A DNA stretch of 61,509 bases, from assembly GCA_052168235.1 (NCBI GenBank), contig JBQLZK010000045.1:1-61509 (forward strand). The letters run 5' to 3'. A program made the translations under genes and the position numbers. The notes beneath the pieces are model-generated. The model had not been told where the DNA came from, made no database searches, and saw only the letters and a list, made by a program, of their open reading frames with translations. This document shows positions 61,324-61,509 of the stretch, one piece after another. Source of the stretch: Thainema sp. GTDB taxonomy: Bacteria; Cyanobacteriota; Cyanobacteriia; Phormidesmidales; Phormidesmidaceae. Positions within the stretch are counted from its first letter, which is position 1. Each line of letters opens with the position of its first letter.

Positions 61324-61459
61324 ATAAGCTTTCAGCGATAACTCTAGCGTACGGGAGATGTTGAGCTAGCAGAGTTTAACGACAATAAACGGGATTTTGG
61401 GCAAGGCGGATTACATCTTGGGAAGCTTGCTACCAATACGATCCCTGTAGGTTCCCGTA

Positions 61460-61509
61460 TATAGCGGTTCTCATTCGAATGAGGTACAGTAGCAGTCGTT
61501 TATGAACCA
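61460..61509. mobile_element. Left end of an IS630-like MITE/IS running off the window
   Basis: TATAGCGGTTCTCATTCGAATGAGGTACA shares TATAGC..TTC...TGAGGTACA with the family B terminus. Confidence 0.5.

Noticed and set aside
61350..61459. TACGGGA...TCCCGTA-bounded segment as a MITE
   Set aside because: Only a 7-bp inverted repeat and no second copy in the window

Overview
Chromosomal window from a filamentous cyanobacterium. This is inferred from the abundant HIP1 octamer GCGATCGC (often extended to TGCGATCGCA) and from cyanobacterial genes such as hpsN, a ComFB-family gene and DUF1816. About 43 CDS are present. Core genes include hcp, leuB, ppx, ubiX, rnr, a dppB-like permease, SulP and a DUF39 homocysteine-biosynthesis gene. 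Accessory content includes a 2,000-aa DUF4347/cadherin/FG-GAP surface protein, a TPS/FHA-type beta-helix protein with a CHASE2 kinase and response regulator, a desaturase + type III PKS + cyclic-peptide-exporter cluster, a formamidase, a beta-PGM/trehalose-phosphatase + GH65 pair, a frameshifted SDR, and an AT-rich J-domain + HNH nuclease operon (candidate defence or chaperone-controlled toxin module). The most striking non-coding signal is a set of nine perfect 20-29 bp-arm palindromes plus three degenerate ones. Their arms are mostly unrelated, but they share a GC-N3-GC apex and an AT-outside/GC-inside gradient. They lie downstream of gene 3' ends, several inside different MITE families. No rRNA, tRNA, CRISPR array or transposase was seen. 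All product calls come from motif recognition by eye, not database searches.
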